64,000 nt of DNA from Basidiobolus meristosporus CBS 931.73 (lineage: Eukaryota; Fungi; Basidiobolomycota). The notes beneath the pieces were generated by a model. It was not told where the DNA came from. It was given only the letters and a program-made list of their open reading frames with translations, and searched no databases. Positions 1-11,972 of this stretch are shown in pieces. Position 1 is the stretch's first letter. Every line of letters starts with the position of its first letter. Location: the NCBI GenBank assembly GCA_002104905.1, contig MCFE01000502.1, positions 1,707 to 65,706 on the forward strand. The letters are read 5' to 3'. The position numbers and the translations under genes were made by a program.

Positions 1-500
1 GGAAGCTCATCGTAATTCAAGAGACGCTTGGCTCCGTAAAATGCAGCTCTAGTAACTTCAGCGGTATAATCGACTGAGCAGTCCACAGTCTTGATGAAAT
101 GCTCCGGTGTGAGCTCTTCCAAGTGTTTGATGGCATCGAACACCCGTTCGTTTAAGGAAATCTTTTCAAACTCTTCATATCGCTCCTCAATATGGCGAAT
201 AGTTTCCTCCAGGGTCTTGCGAGAAAATTCGCCAAAGTTGATGCACTTCTCGATGCATTTTTCCTCTATAATACCAATGACGGCGTCTACTTTCTCGGAC
301 AACGAAGTGTTTTCCAGTTCGTTGTATTTCGCCTCGATCTTTTTGATAGTATCACCTACATGCTTCCTACCAGTTTCCTCGAACTGCGCATATTTCTTCT
401 CAATGAGAGCTAAGGCAGCATCAACTCGCTCTAAAATGTTTTTGTCTATATCAGCAACGAGCTGAAGCTTCTCGTCGTTAAGATTGAAATAGGTGCTCAT
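1..500 (-). CDS. PAQR/IZH (adiponectin receptor/haemolysin-III family) membrane protein, 5' part; runs off the window start
   Basis: Uninterrupted frame from ATG at 500: MSTYFNLNDEKL...EVTRAAFYGAKRLLNYDELP. It ends in the 'GAKRLLxYxELP' motif that precedes 'W..NxYIxxGYR' in fungal PAQRs. It is absent from the ORF track because there is no stop in the window. Confidence 0.75.
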   Translation of the reverse strand, partial: MSTYFNLNDEKLQLVADIDKNILERVDAALALIEKKYAQFEETGRKHVGDTIKKIEAKYNELENTSLSEKVDAVIGIIEEKCIEKCINFGEFSRKTLEETIRHIEERYEEFEKISLNERVFDAIKHLEELTPEHFIKTVDCSVDYTAEVTRAAFYGAKRLLNYDEL

Positions 501-2703
501 CTTCGCAAAACAAGACACGTATGGTTTACGGTACTCTGTCAGATGGATATACGAAGAAAAATCCCTACCGAAATGAGAGAGTTATGGAAGTTGAATGAAG
601 AAACCTTGACTTAACAGCCCTTGTTGGTCTCAAGGAAGAGAAGGGTAGGTTGGAAGGGTTAATCAGGGAGAAAATGGTTTTACTTCAATCGCTCGATTGA
701 GTCATCATCAGGCTGCTTATTTATGTGTCCCAGGGTGTATATTGGACTGAATATATTTAAGAATAAACATTCTCATCGTATATTATAGATTTACTAAATA
801 TGAATTCGCCCCAACACAGACGAAGATTGTTCTACCTCACCTCCATATATAATAGCTATGTTACCAGACATGATCACCATCATCAACCCATTGATTATAT
901 TGTGGAATGTACTCATCACGGACCACTCGGCCTTGAGTCATATGGGGCACCTTGCCAGCAGCCAATGGGAGGGCCCATTGATCGGAATTATACTCGGGAA
1001 TATAGGTCTCTGATCATTGGCAAAAAACTCGATAGCTAGTGGCCAGAATGGCAAACCAATAATCTATGCCGAGCGACGCTTGTCTACTCGATATGGATCA
1101 GCCAATACGGCCATTTCTAATCATCACCATGCGTAGATGATAGGAGAGCATCAGTCAAGGTTGACTTCATCCTAGCCAACGACTTCACGATCCGAATCAC
1201 CCAAGGATTGGCGATCGTCCTGCGTCTTTAGCCAAGCCAACACATCTGCAACACTGCCACCTATGGCTTTTAATAGAAGAGGCAACCATGAAAAGGGCAT
1301 AGGGTGATTCGGCTCGGACAAGTGCCATGGCTTGCATTCATGTTTCGTCCATACAGCTTCACCCCAGCTCAATCCAACCTCTGCATAGAGCAAGTTGGTA
1401 GCTTGATTCCAAGCTCCACAACAATTGAATCATGTGGGTCGCCATTTTAAAATATTTACACTTGCATACACACACAGACATATCCATTGCAGGCGAAGCC
1501 TGTTCAAACCGCGTAGCAATCTACACCCCGAGTATGTAGGAGGAGAATGCCAAGAGCCAACTCACTGCCTGCTTGGCCCTTTCTTGCCAGCCTATTCCTT
1601 CATTCATTAGCCCAAACCTGATACCTCTGTGATACACCACTATGCCGATTTCCAGCATGATGGGATACAGAAAATGCAACGTGAATCGCTCAGCCTGGCA
1701 AAAAGGATAGTTTCCCAATTTTAATCTTGAATGGAGAATTGGAAATCATTGGCATCCTTGCCTGGCGATAGTGGCACACAATATACGTGCTTCTTGGGGT
1801 TGGTCAATAGGAGCCAAGGAAGATTGGCAGGTAGCACGGGTAGTACAATTGGTCACGTCTCAAGAGCATGGAATCGTACAACGATACTGCTACTCTGATT
1901 GGTCACGACTCTCAAAGGCATATTGACACCACTACTGACCGTATATCCGTACAGTTTTCCAGGCGATACCCATTTGGGCAATATTGAATCGCATGCTTGT
2001 ATTATCAAAGTATCAAATATTTCCGTGGCGAAGTAGAGGAACAATCGAGAATACATGCTAGTACACCGGATAACCTATGCGCAAGTTGTATCTCTGGCCA
2101 TGGTTTTTCTTGTAGGCTCTCCATATATGGAGATGTTATCCAATAGTCACCTCGATTGTTGCTATGGTGTCATCTTGATTCGGAAACAAGGCGTAGCATC
2201 CTTCTAAGACTCCATACAAAGTGCCTTAGAGATTGAAGAGCCTACACACCTGTTGGGTTCCTTTTATATATTGATGAGCTGTATCTCAACAGTTGAGCTA
2301 AAGTGTTGTTTCTATTGATAAAGAGGTCCAACAGGGGTTTCCCCAAGTAGGAATATTGATGGAAACAATCAGATTGCTGCATGTAGATCAGCAAATCCAA
2401 CAAATGTCTGGTTCCATGGGGTGGGGGTGAAATACTTGCAAGAATCCGCAGTGAAAAGGCCAAAGTATCAAATAGAAACTACCAAGCTTGAGCTTCTTAT
2501 ATCTTCTATCAATGATAGCTCCCTTTGCTCCACAAGTCACTTTTGGACACTACATCTTTTATATGCAAGCAGAGAGAATACACACCAAGCAAATGTTAAT
2601 AAATCAATATTTTACTGAATATCACAAAATCAGTGTTAAAGTGTAGGAATCTTAAGACAAACCTGGAATGTTTTCTGTATCCAGAGCTTCTATATGCTGA
2701 CTA

Positions 2704-2840
2704 TGTTGTAAGAGTTTTGGAGATATTAGAAGTGATTGGGAGAACAAGTACATTATGTGGCTTTCATTTAATGATTTGTTGAATGTAAAAGTGGCATTTA
2801 TACTTTACATGGTCTTGGCACAACAAACATGTTGAATAGT
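2704..2840 (-). repeat. Partial 3' LTR of the copia relic
   Basis: Imperfect direct repeat of 3451-3587, e.g. aaaagtggcatttatactttacatggtcttgg vs aaaagtagcatttatacttttacatggtcttgg. Its terminus TTACAACA is the inverted complement of TGTTGTAA. Confidence 0.8.
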
Positions 2841-3434
2841 GATCTTACTTTCAGAATTGACAAAAACCATGAGAACCTTCCTGATTGGGTTGAGTAAAAA
2901 GTTCTTTTTGGCATGCTTAGTGTTGAGATGCTCCATAATCAATATACCAAATCTAAGAATTCTTGTTTGTGGCCATAATTAGTGCAGATATTAAAAGTCT
3001 ATCCATAGTTGTAGCAGCATTTCCATATTCAGGCTTTTTCTACTGATTGTTTCTCTTCTTGAAGCACTGGTAGATGTGTGTCCTTTCCTTTAGCAGTAGC
3101 TGCAACAAGGATGACTATTGCCTGTAAAGGGCATCAAGTACCTCCTTTGGTAGCTATCATTGCTTATTAAAGCTTGTCCTTATTCCTTACTATAGGAGCT
3201 TGATTTTTTTAATCTCCCACTTGAAACCTTCATATATGTAATATAAGGTAAAATCTTCAGCTCTGGACTCTAGGGCTGATATAAAGCCCTGGATTATGTC
3301 TGTCAGGCTATTCAGGAGGGTAACTATTGCATATTCATAAGTTTTTCATTTCCTCCCTTAAAAGGAACTTGTTAGCAATGAATTATTGTCCAAGATACAT
3401 TCTCTTAGCAGCTGAGCATTGCAGGGAGCAACAG

Positions 3435-3450
3435 CTTGGGGTTCATAACC
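3435..3450 (-). other. Primer-binding site of the copia relic (GGTTATG type)
   Basis: GGTTATGAACCCCAAG directly abuts the LTR end and resembles the GGTTATGGGCCCAG PBS of Drosophila copia-type elements. Confidence 0.65.
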
Positions 3451-3703
3451 TGATGTAGGAGTCTTGGAGATATTGAAAGTCATTGGAAGAGCAAGTAGAT
3501 TTGTGATTTTTGTTCTATGATTTATTCAACACAAAAGTAGCATTTATACTTTTACATGGTCTTGGAAAAACAAACATGCTGAATAAGCTTAGAGAGGTCC
3601 CTAGAGCATGTATGTATACTCTAGGGCTGTTTGGCCAGCTTTAAGAAATAGCATGCTCTGAGTACCTGGTGTTTTGTTGAAATACTCTATTTAAGTTACA
3701 ACA
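3451..3703 (-). repeat. 5' LTR of the copia relic (~253 bp)
   Basis: Begins TGTTGTAAC and ends CCTACATCA immediately before the PBS. Its 3' ~135 bp align with 2704-2840. Confidence 0.75.
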
Positions 3704-4499
3704 CAGAGTACCGATTTTTGCACAAATCTGTACACGTGGCTGTCAAGGTACAAGCGGCTGCCAACATTCAGCTTGCCCTCCTTGCTATATACTTAGAATT
3801 TGACTTTGTTAAGAAATAGATTTTATCTTGGTGAGTATTGTTGCAAGTAATTAGTTCAACACCTAGCTATTTATATACCTTATATATCACACCTATTCTA
3901 TCACGATATTAATGCTTATTTAACATCCTATTGTGATTCTTACCATGTGCAAATATTCTATTACAAGTCAATGAATCAATAAGTGATAAAGCGCACTTTC
4001 TTCTGTATGCTCCAAGTTACCCCAAGCTCACACTGCCACTCTCAGCATACATTGCATTCGGAGTGCCTATAATGTATGTGTATGCGACAGGCCACTTACT
4101 CGGTGTCATATGACACACTGATGTGAAATCTAGAGAGATCTCTCGAAATCCGAACTAGAACCCGCGTGTAAACCATCAAACTTCGATTTTTACTATCCCA
4201 CCCCACTCCCAACCATAAATTTCACATCATTTATAAATCGTGCAGATACCAGGGGCTAGATCACATCCTTCGCATATGGAGAGGTTAAAAGAAAATGTAC
4301 ATATTTGATATAGCAGGGTGAACCAATGTTACCCCTAATCCGGATTTTGTCAGAGTAGCAAGTTGAATCCAACTAGGGTTTTGTTGGTATATGACGTTCT
4401 GTCAGAAAATTTTCCTACCAAGTTGCTGGAGCATAATGCCACACGCAATTTATAGGTCCTCAGATACACTACACCTGTGCAAAGGATAAAGCCAAACTG

Positions 4500-5860
4500 C
4501 TTGCTAGCCTGCAAGTTCTGAACACCACTGATTTCTTGGCTGCACGAGGGGCGGAATCCCATCACAAACCCATAGTAAAAAGGTGTGAATGTTGTCAAAC
4601 AATCCAATATCGAAAATGGCTCCTCTATTCAGTGAATAGAATTTCCTGCTTTTTTCAAGGTGCAGAGTGGCTGAAAACATGTTTCCCTGCATGCACAAAG
4701 CATGGCCGCTATTTTCACTGGTTGAAATATCGATCACAGCCAAGCCATCATCGAAACACATCAGAGCACCAACCACCACTTGCTCCATACTGTAACGGCA
4801 CCCTTCCAACAGAATTATTGCATGTGCTCTCAAAACCTGAAAACTGGCAGAGAAAATTCCATGGAAGAGAAAACAATTGAGAATAGAGGTGCCAGGCGTT
4901 TTGGCTGAAACAAGTGGAATTGGAAGGTTGAAGGAGACCTCGAATTATACGCTGTATGAGCAATTGGGTTCCGGATCGATCATTCCTGTTATTTGTAATG
5001 TCGCCATTAGTAACTTGGATCGGATGAGGGTTCACTATTGTGGGTGGAATATCGAATCCCCCAATTGTTCTCTAGTTCGTGTAGGAACCTCAATCTTTTG
5101 ATCAGAAGGCTGGCCCTGGGAATTGCGCGAGGGTCTCGCCCAGGAAGGGTATTCGAGCATAGATGGCCAGAGGATAGCTCCCAGTGTGTCAGCCTATGGA
5201 TGTACAGACGCCTCGTGCTCGCATAGTTCACCATGATGTTTCCAAAGACCCTACCCTCAAGCTGCGTGAACTTGGTCATCCCAGCAGAACTCCCCTTTTT
5301 AGTCGCCTGAAATGATCTCCGAGGTTTGTTTATTACTTGAGGATTTCGGAACCAATACCCACAGGGAAATTGTGCTATTTTTATGGCATTGATAGACGAA
5401 CAAATAGATCGGATTTAGAATACGGTACACGAGTCTGGGTTGCGGGTGGATCGCTGACCGCCACCTCAATATGATGTGGATTTTAGGCAGTCCCTGCCAC
5501 ATTTGTCCTTATTGCAGGGCATATCTGAATACTGCGTTTGGCGCCAATACCCTGGTTCAGTCAGCTTCAAACAACCTTTAGAGTACCTGGAAGAACACTC
5601 CTCCGCAAGTGCAATTCGATACCCGCAATTCTGAAGCATCACTCGATGCGAAGCCGATCGGAAGGTGTGACGGCGGTAAGGGAGATTAGCCATGATTCTT
5701 TTTATTTATTTACCCGGTGGAACTCAATCGTGATTGTGTCGCACCGCACGGCAATAATTGATCCATTCTCCGGGGAATGGGCTATGACTCAGCTTCACGC
5801 GCCATGGAATCCAACTTGCTTTATTGAGGACGCCTGGACAGCCAGTGAGCAGCGAAGGTG
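4500..5860. pseudogene. Possible decayed coding remnant, family not identified
   Basis: Several protein-like frames broken by stops (e.g. + strand PPQYDVDFRQSLPHLSLLQGISEYCVWRQYPGSVSFKQPLEYL). No intact gene and no recognisable family. Confidence 0.2.
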
Positions 5861-6003
5861 ACTCGATCCATCTCAGAAATACATAACGATAGGTTCAGTA
5901 GCGTTTGAGGGGGGTTAGTAATCATGTAGTTGTGTCGATAGAATTAGGATTATATTTATTCATATATTACAAATGTGGGACGCCACCATAGAATGGCCTT
6001 GGT

Positions 6004-7433
6004 TTATAGTTGTCTGATGAACTGAGCAAATGCGTAGTGCTTCGCGAACCTAGGGGTCTCCAACAGAGCAATGACAAGAGACTTGTATTTTTTCACTAAT
6101 GCCACATGATATTCAGCTTCCTCTTTGGAGATGGGCTTTCCTTGATGGATGAAGCGTTGCCTTGAGCAACATCTCAGCGAGCAACTGCTGCTTTTGTCCT
6201 TCACGTGGCTACTCCGCTTGAGGGATTGAACCTGAAAATGGCCAGTCATCTCCACTCTCAATCTAAAGGTCATTATTCTATGGATGCCGGCACAAATTCT
6301 TGCGGCTGAATACTCAAGGTTGGCTACTTTGGACAGTTGTTGGGTTGGAGGTAGGAGTGTCGAATGGATGGGATGAGGATTGTAGGAACAAACAAACCTG
6401 CCTCATCCTCCGGCTTGAATTGCTTTATAACCTCTCGTGGTGGCAGGGTCTCATTTATTGGGCGATTCCAATGAAAGAACAAGGATAACAATCAATGTGA
6501 TCATTAGGTGTCCATATGACATCATGTAGAATGTGTAGTTGGAGGCTGACCATTAACAAACGTATCACCAACCATTCTTGTGCATCTCAGCCCAACCTGA
6601 TGGCAAATTTACCCGCGCTGCAAGCACCATCTATTTTCCCAAAGCTGCCAAGATGATTTGCCTTATTCTCATTTATATGATGCGAGTGCGTTAGTCGGTG
6701 GAAGTTGGGCCACATGGAATTTCCAGCCTGTTGAATCGAGCCGCCAAACTCCAATGGATCGCGTAGTGCCAGAAAGATTAACCCTATTCTACGGCCCAAT
6801 CAGGTCGGTGCCTCGAGGGAAATGTTGATCGAAGTAATGCCACATATCCAAAGCGATCCCGGGCTCCTGTACCAGTCACGTTTTCTTAAGTTCGTGGGCC
6901 GAGCGCCATATGTCGACCCATCCTCATTGAAATGCTGAAGGTGGCAACTATGACATTCGCATGCGCGAGATTCCTACATGTTCTGATGTTGGTGACTCAA
7001 ATCTACCACCACCATTACATAAATAATGCTGGATCTGACTAAACCCCCCGTTTGGGTACTTGGGTTGACCATGGGTAAGGGTGAGGCGCATAGGCAAAGC
7101 TATGTATAGCCACGCTTGTATATTAGGCTTTCCTTGATTTAAAATAGGGACATTGGCATGTTGGCCCAGGTTCCCACCAGCCAACCTGTTATTCGACCAT
7201 GCTGCACAGATTTGTGTGATATACATATATGGATCGTTGTCCATTAATTTTCGAATCAGGGTCTCAGGTGCATCCCTTCTTAATGATATTATATGCAGTG
7301 AACATTTCAGATGCAAGGAAGTCTGGAGTAGAATGGTTTGGGAATTTCCGGGGCATGTCGAGAAAGGGGCTAGGAGCGAGCCATCTTTCATACTCATACT
7401 TTGGATATTTTGGCGAAGAGATGCATTTGGCAC
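6004..7433 (-). pseudogene. Decayed gene remnant, family not identified
   Basis: One frame continues from 7433 past 6950 with isolated stops (...GWVDIWRSAHELKKT*LVQEPGIALDMWHYFDQHFPRG...). An exon WNRPINETLPPREVIKQFKPEDEA splices in frame through a GT..AG intron into ANLEYSAARICAGIHRIMTF...KHYAFAQFIRQL*. Confidence 0.4.
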
Positions 7434-8419
7434 CTGCCCAGCCTACATTGTACTAAATGCCAAATATACCATGCGGATTTTACGAAGTGACATTGATGCA
7501 TGGGATCTCATCACAGACCAAGCTTGACAACTCGAAGGAAATATGCGAATCCTGATCAGATGAGGAGGGACTTCCCAACTTTAAAGCATACTAAAGTACT
7601 ATTCAGGATAATCGTGAAGAGCAAAAGGGTAGGAGATGGATATCGTAGTCGATGGTGTCTAAAGAGGTTTTTCTGTGACACGGTATGTATGCTTACGCAA
7701 CGCGGAGTACCAGATGCTGGTTGCCCTCCGTGCTCCAAGCCACTGTAGCTAGAGCCAACTTCGAGAATCGGGAGATAATCATGCATCAAGCGACAAAATA
7801 GGGTTACTTTGTATTATATAATGATGGCTTCTACCAGTTTGCACAATTTCAAGACTTTAAATGAAGGTTGTGATTCCTTGCACCAACCTCTGTAACCTGA
7901 TTGGGCGATTATTTGTAGGTTCAGCAGCATCCCATTCCTGCGCATGAATTAGGAATTATGCGGTTGGGAATACATTTCCTTCTCACAGAAGGCTTCAGTG
8001 AAGTCACATGCATGGAATGATGAATCGTGAAACCTAGCTTTTTCGTAGGTAACAAGTATTGGTCACATAGCGCTAGATTTGGAGTCGTCTCAGCTAATGG
8101 AGATCTACTACAAAACAGCAATATCTAACTTTGCAACGCTGTGAGGTGTACCATTTGCAACTGCCTGATTAGGGCGATAATTTGATTGTAGAATTCTGCT
8201 TTCGATTTAAGGCAACATCATTGTGATCCTTTGATATACGAATGATGTGGGTGTGAAATAGTAGTGTCTACCGTAACGTGGTGGGGCGGGGAAAGTTTCA
8301 TCCATGGCCACCCAAATTGATTAGTATTACTGGTAGGCGAGCTTGGCGCTAATGGTAACAATAATAAGGTGCACTACTTCAGAGCCGTGCAAGATTGGCA
8401 TGAATTCACACAAAGTGTG

Positions 8420-9415
8420 ATTCTTCACAGCCTTAAGGTCTGATTACTCAATTCCGAGATATTTTAACTATGCGTGGCTCTCCTAAATGGTCAGTAGGAG
8501 ATGTTGTTGGCGGATTTCTAGCCTTTACTACGCACATCAAGGCGAGATCAATAGTGCGGAGAGTCGAGAGGAAACAGGGACATAGTCAATGGAAAATAGC
8601 AGTCCAAAGGATTCAGCATTGATTCGTTCCTAGGAAATCCTGGTGCAACACACGTGGAATATTTTGGTGGCACAATCAAGTTCATAACATGTATACTGCC
8701 GATTTCGAGTTACCACTTGGTGGCAATCTGCCAGAATCGATTAATGCTGGTTATGAAATGACATCTATTTGCTCGTTGCAGTAATAAAAAGGCCCGAGCT
8801 TTTCAGAAACATTAAATCTTCGCGTGCTATCGTGGTACGATGAACCCATCTTTCTTGCACGGAGGGATATGCAAATTACAGCACCATGGCTGGTACTTGG
8901 GAAGATTGCCTGCAAGGTGTCATTTCGACGAGGCGTACCTCATACACATTTGAGAACAACGTACCTATATCTGCATCTCTTACCTCAATAGCCAACCATC
9001 GTCATTTCCGATATTGAAAGTAAAGTCTGACTGAGCACACAATATACAACTCGGACAGAGACATGCAGACTGACACTAAAGCATAAGAAATCGCCAATAC
9101 GGTCGGTGAGTGTCGGACAAACCTGATTTGATTAACGATGTCCTGCTGGTAACTATTCCAAGATTCGCACGAAACGACTGTCTGACTAAATTCGTTGAAG
9201 TCTCACACAAAATGCTGGTGTGTATATGTCGGATTACCACTCATAACAGAGAATTCTCTACAGCAAAATTTCGTGCACAATCCAATCAGACTTACAAATG
9301 GAGATATCCGGGTCTCCATACTACCCCTCCCATCACATCATTTCTAATGAACCACCCCTCATTCTGCAACTTGGGTCAGTCAAGTGGAAACACTTTGCTG
9401 GCCAGTACACTGTAG
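8420..9415 (+). pseudogene. Alpha-arrestin (arrestin-related trafficking adaptor) pseudogene
   Basis: Arrestin_N/C-like blocks occur in order across different frames with stops: DILTMRGSPKWSVGDVVGG; YTADFELPLGGNLPESINAGY; AVIKRPELFRNIKSSRAIVVR*; GTWEDCLQGVIS; VTIPRFARNDCLTKFVEVSHKM. Confidence 0.75.
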
Positions 9416-9701
9416 AGCAACGCCATATACCCGTCCACTGATTTAGCCTCCAATGTCGCCCCACCCAAGATAGACCAACACGCCATGCTGTCTATTCGCA
9501 TCAATGTCACCACAGGATACACTGTACTCCCAGCTGAAGTGTAATATCCGCTGCAATGAACAGGCAATTTACGGCAAAAAGTAGGGTGTATATTGATAAA
9601 TCATCGGTTGAAAAGAATATATCCACATAAACAAAAATAGCAGGGGCGGGAAGGGTCGATCAAAAATGGATGTCGATGTAAAGGAAGCGAACACGAAGAT
9701 T

Positions 9702-11187
9702 CTACTCTGAAGTGATTACCACTTCTCTGGCTTGAGCGAAAAACAGACGTAGCTCTACCGGTGCGATGTTTTCGATTTGATATTGATTGCCTGTTGTGCA
9801 CGTACACTGTTAGATGTGCAATATAAGAAATCTTATTGTGGCGAGCCAAGCATACCTCGGGGAATCAAAAACTGACCACCAGTAGATATGTCAAAAGTGG
9901 TATTGTGAATGGTCACACGACAAGCCCCGCTAATTACATAAAAGACCTAGAAATTCCCATTAGAAAGGAGTAGCAATTACCTTTGATAATAATATCACTA
10001 ACCATCGAGTTGTCGCCTGAATTCCTATTGGGCTTTGATCCTCCTTCGTATATCTCAATGACACCAGACGACATAAACTCGCCTTCTGAAAAGAATTTTT
10101 GGAACCCATATGTCTGGTTCTTGGCTTGAGTTGGGTTGATTTCTTTTTGCGTCACAGCAAGCAGCTTTTCTGTCTCACTGTTGGAACCCCACTCTAGCAC
10201 TTTGATGGGCAACACTGGTTCATCCTGAGCAACATCTTTGGCCTTCTTGGGCTGCGTTGTTGCTTTCTTTGTAACGCGCCGTTTTGGTAAACGCGATACA
10301 GGGTTGAAGGATGGATTTTCCTGAGCTTTCACTACCTCTCGGATTACCGGAACAACATTAGTGCCTGCAGAGCTTAGTTAGCACTGTTGCAGCAAAGGAG
10401 TGGATATGAACGGATGGGGTACCTTCTTTTTCAAGCTCATACACAACGCGCTCATTTTTCCAGAACTCTACTGGCTTAACACGAGTACGATGGCTACGGC
10501 GCACATTAGAATCGTCATCACTCTCCCTGGCGTACCTTGCTTTCCTCTCGACATGGGAAGTGGGTGGTTTGGTGACTTTTGAAGAGAGGTACAGCCATCA
10601 GTATCCGAATATTGATAACAAAAGGAAGAGTACTAACCTTTCCGGGCTTTTACGCGTGGCTTTGCTTTCTCCACCTTAGGCTCCTCGTATTCCGGATACG
10701 CAGGCTCCGTTTCTTCATATTCAGGGAGCTCGTCAGTAACACCAGGAAATTCTGGCGACAGATCAGGAGATTTGAAGGTCCTGGAAGCGCTCTTTGGGCG
10801 GTTGGGGGACTTCTTTGTAACTCTAGATCCGGAAGCGTTGGAAAAGACAAATGAATCCTCATATTCTGTAGCGTGATTGTCCTGGGGAATAGGACTGTCG
10901 GGTGTAACACGCGAATCTCCGTTCGCGAACTCCTCTTCTTCACTCTCATTCTCAGAAGCCGAGCTCTGAAAGAAATCATCCACGTTGTCGAAACCATCCT
11001 CGTCTTGGTGTATGTGGGATTTGATAGTGACCCCAGTTTTTCTGGAGTTTTACAAGATATAAGGATGAGTGAAACGGTGGAATGGGGGAATAGGCGAGTA
11101 TTATGGCAATTACCTTCCCGTGATCCCTATATTGGTGTACCGATTGGTACGGACCGCCTTTTTTTCTCTGACTCGTCCACCTTCCAT
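9702..11187 (-). CDS. MIF2: Centromere protein C (Mif2/CENP-C), multi-exon
   Basis: N-terminal Mif2_N motif RYTNIGITGR/KTGVTIK, CENP-C motif RRSHRTRVKPVEFWKNERVVY, and C-terminal cupin (FQKFFSEGEFMSSG...VFYVISG...GQFLIPRGNQYQIEN). ATG at 11187, TAG at 9704-9702. Confidence 0.92.
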
Positions 11188-11972
11188 ACTGGCAATAGAA
11201 CTGCCTCATACTAGGTGAGTGCTGGCGCAGTGCAAACAAAAGCAGACATTAAAGACGTACCTCTGATATAAACAAATTGGGATACCGAAGAATATAAAGG
11301 TCGACTTGAAAGGAGAGAATAGCTTAAATTTTGAGAATATCCTATTCCATATAGCGCGTAATTGAAGAAATTTGTCAACAAACCGATTGTTTTTAGTTTA
11401 ATAGTAGTAGACCAATGGCTGCAGACACGAGCGCGACAGGATTAATTCCAAGTTAAATCAGCTAATATCGTGTTGCTATTGGAGTCTGGTTAATTACATT
11501 TGGTGGACACTCACTACAGTGAAGTTTAACGTGGATTCATTATGGTTAATAGGGGATTCAGAGAAGACACTCCACGGAACCATGGCGATGGAAGCCGATT
11601 TCGGACAAGCAGTACTAGACGGGTCGAAAGGCAACATTGAATAAGACACCATGATGATGCAAATAATGCTTGGAAGATCGATACATTCTAGAATCTCTGA
11701 GTAGTTTTTTTGGGAATTTTGTAAAATCTCCCAAGTCAGTCACAGCAAGGAATCCTATTTTGAGTGTTGGGAATTTTCATGAGGCTTATCATGTCTATTG
11801 TCTTATTTATTGAGCTCGGAATTTGACATACCAAATGTATATAAAGTCCTTGGGCTATGCCACCGCCCAATACTCTAGAAGCAAACGCTAGGCTGGTGCC
11901 GACTATACGTGCGAGTATATATACCAGGTAAATAGAGGCAGGAGAATATCTACAAAAGCTCAACACCGGTTA

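Larger units (their letters stand above)
2704..3703 (-). mobile_element. Internally deleted, decayed Ty1/copia LTR retrotransposon
   Basis: Minus strand, in order: LTR (TGTTGTAAC...), PBS GGTTATGAACCCCAAG, gag remnant 'VTLLNSLTDIIQGFISALESRAEDFTL', zinc-knuckle remnant 'CSYC*RKGHTST(fs)CFKK', protease remnant 'WYIDYGASQH' (2920-2949), then a partial second LTR ending ...CTTACAACA. Contains stops and frameshifts and has no CpG. Confidence 0.85.

Noticed and set aside
91-465. Plus-strand 124-aa ORF and many other ORF-track entries overlapping genes (e.g. 10579-10854, 27662-27997, 34881-35180, 43039-43509, 54448-54696)
   Set aside because: These are antisense or off-frame shadows of recognisable genes on the other strand or frame, with no motif support.
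2355-2375. DGNNQ motif suggesting a MULE transposase
   Set aside because: The following residues (IAACRS) lack the conserved P-L-A-F/W-A and no other MULE motif is nearby.
4930-4990. YTLYEQLGSGS, resembling a kinase Gly-rich loop
   Set aside because: No VAxK, HRD or DFG motifs follow in any frame.
11648-11702. ATGATGA...CTGA, resembling a C/D-box snoRNA
   Set aside because: Only ~50 nt between boxes, no terminal stem, and the only rRNA-like match is an 8-nt palindrome.
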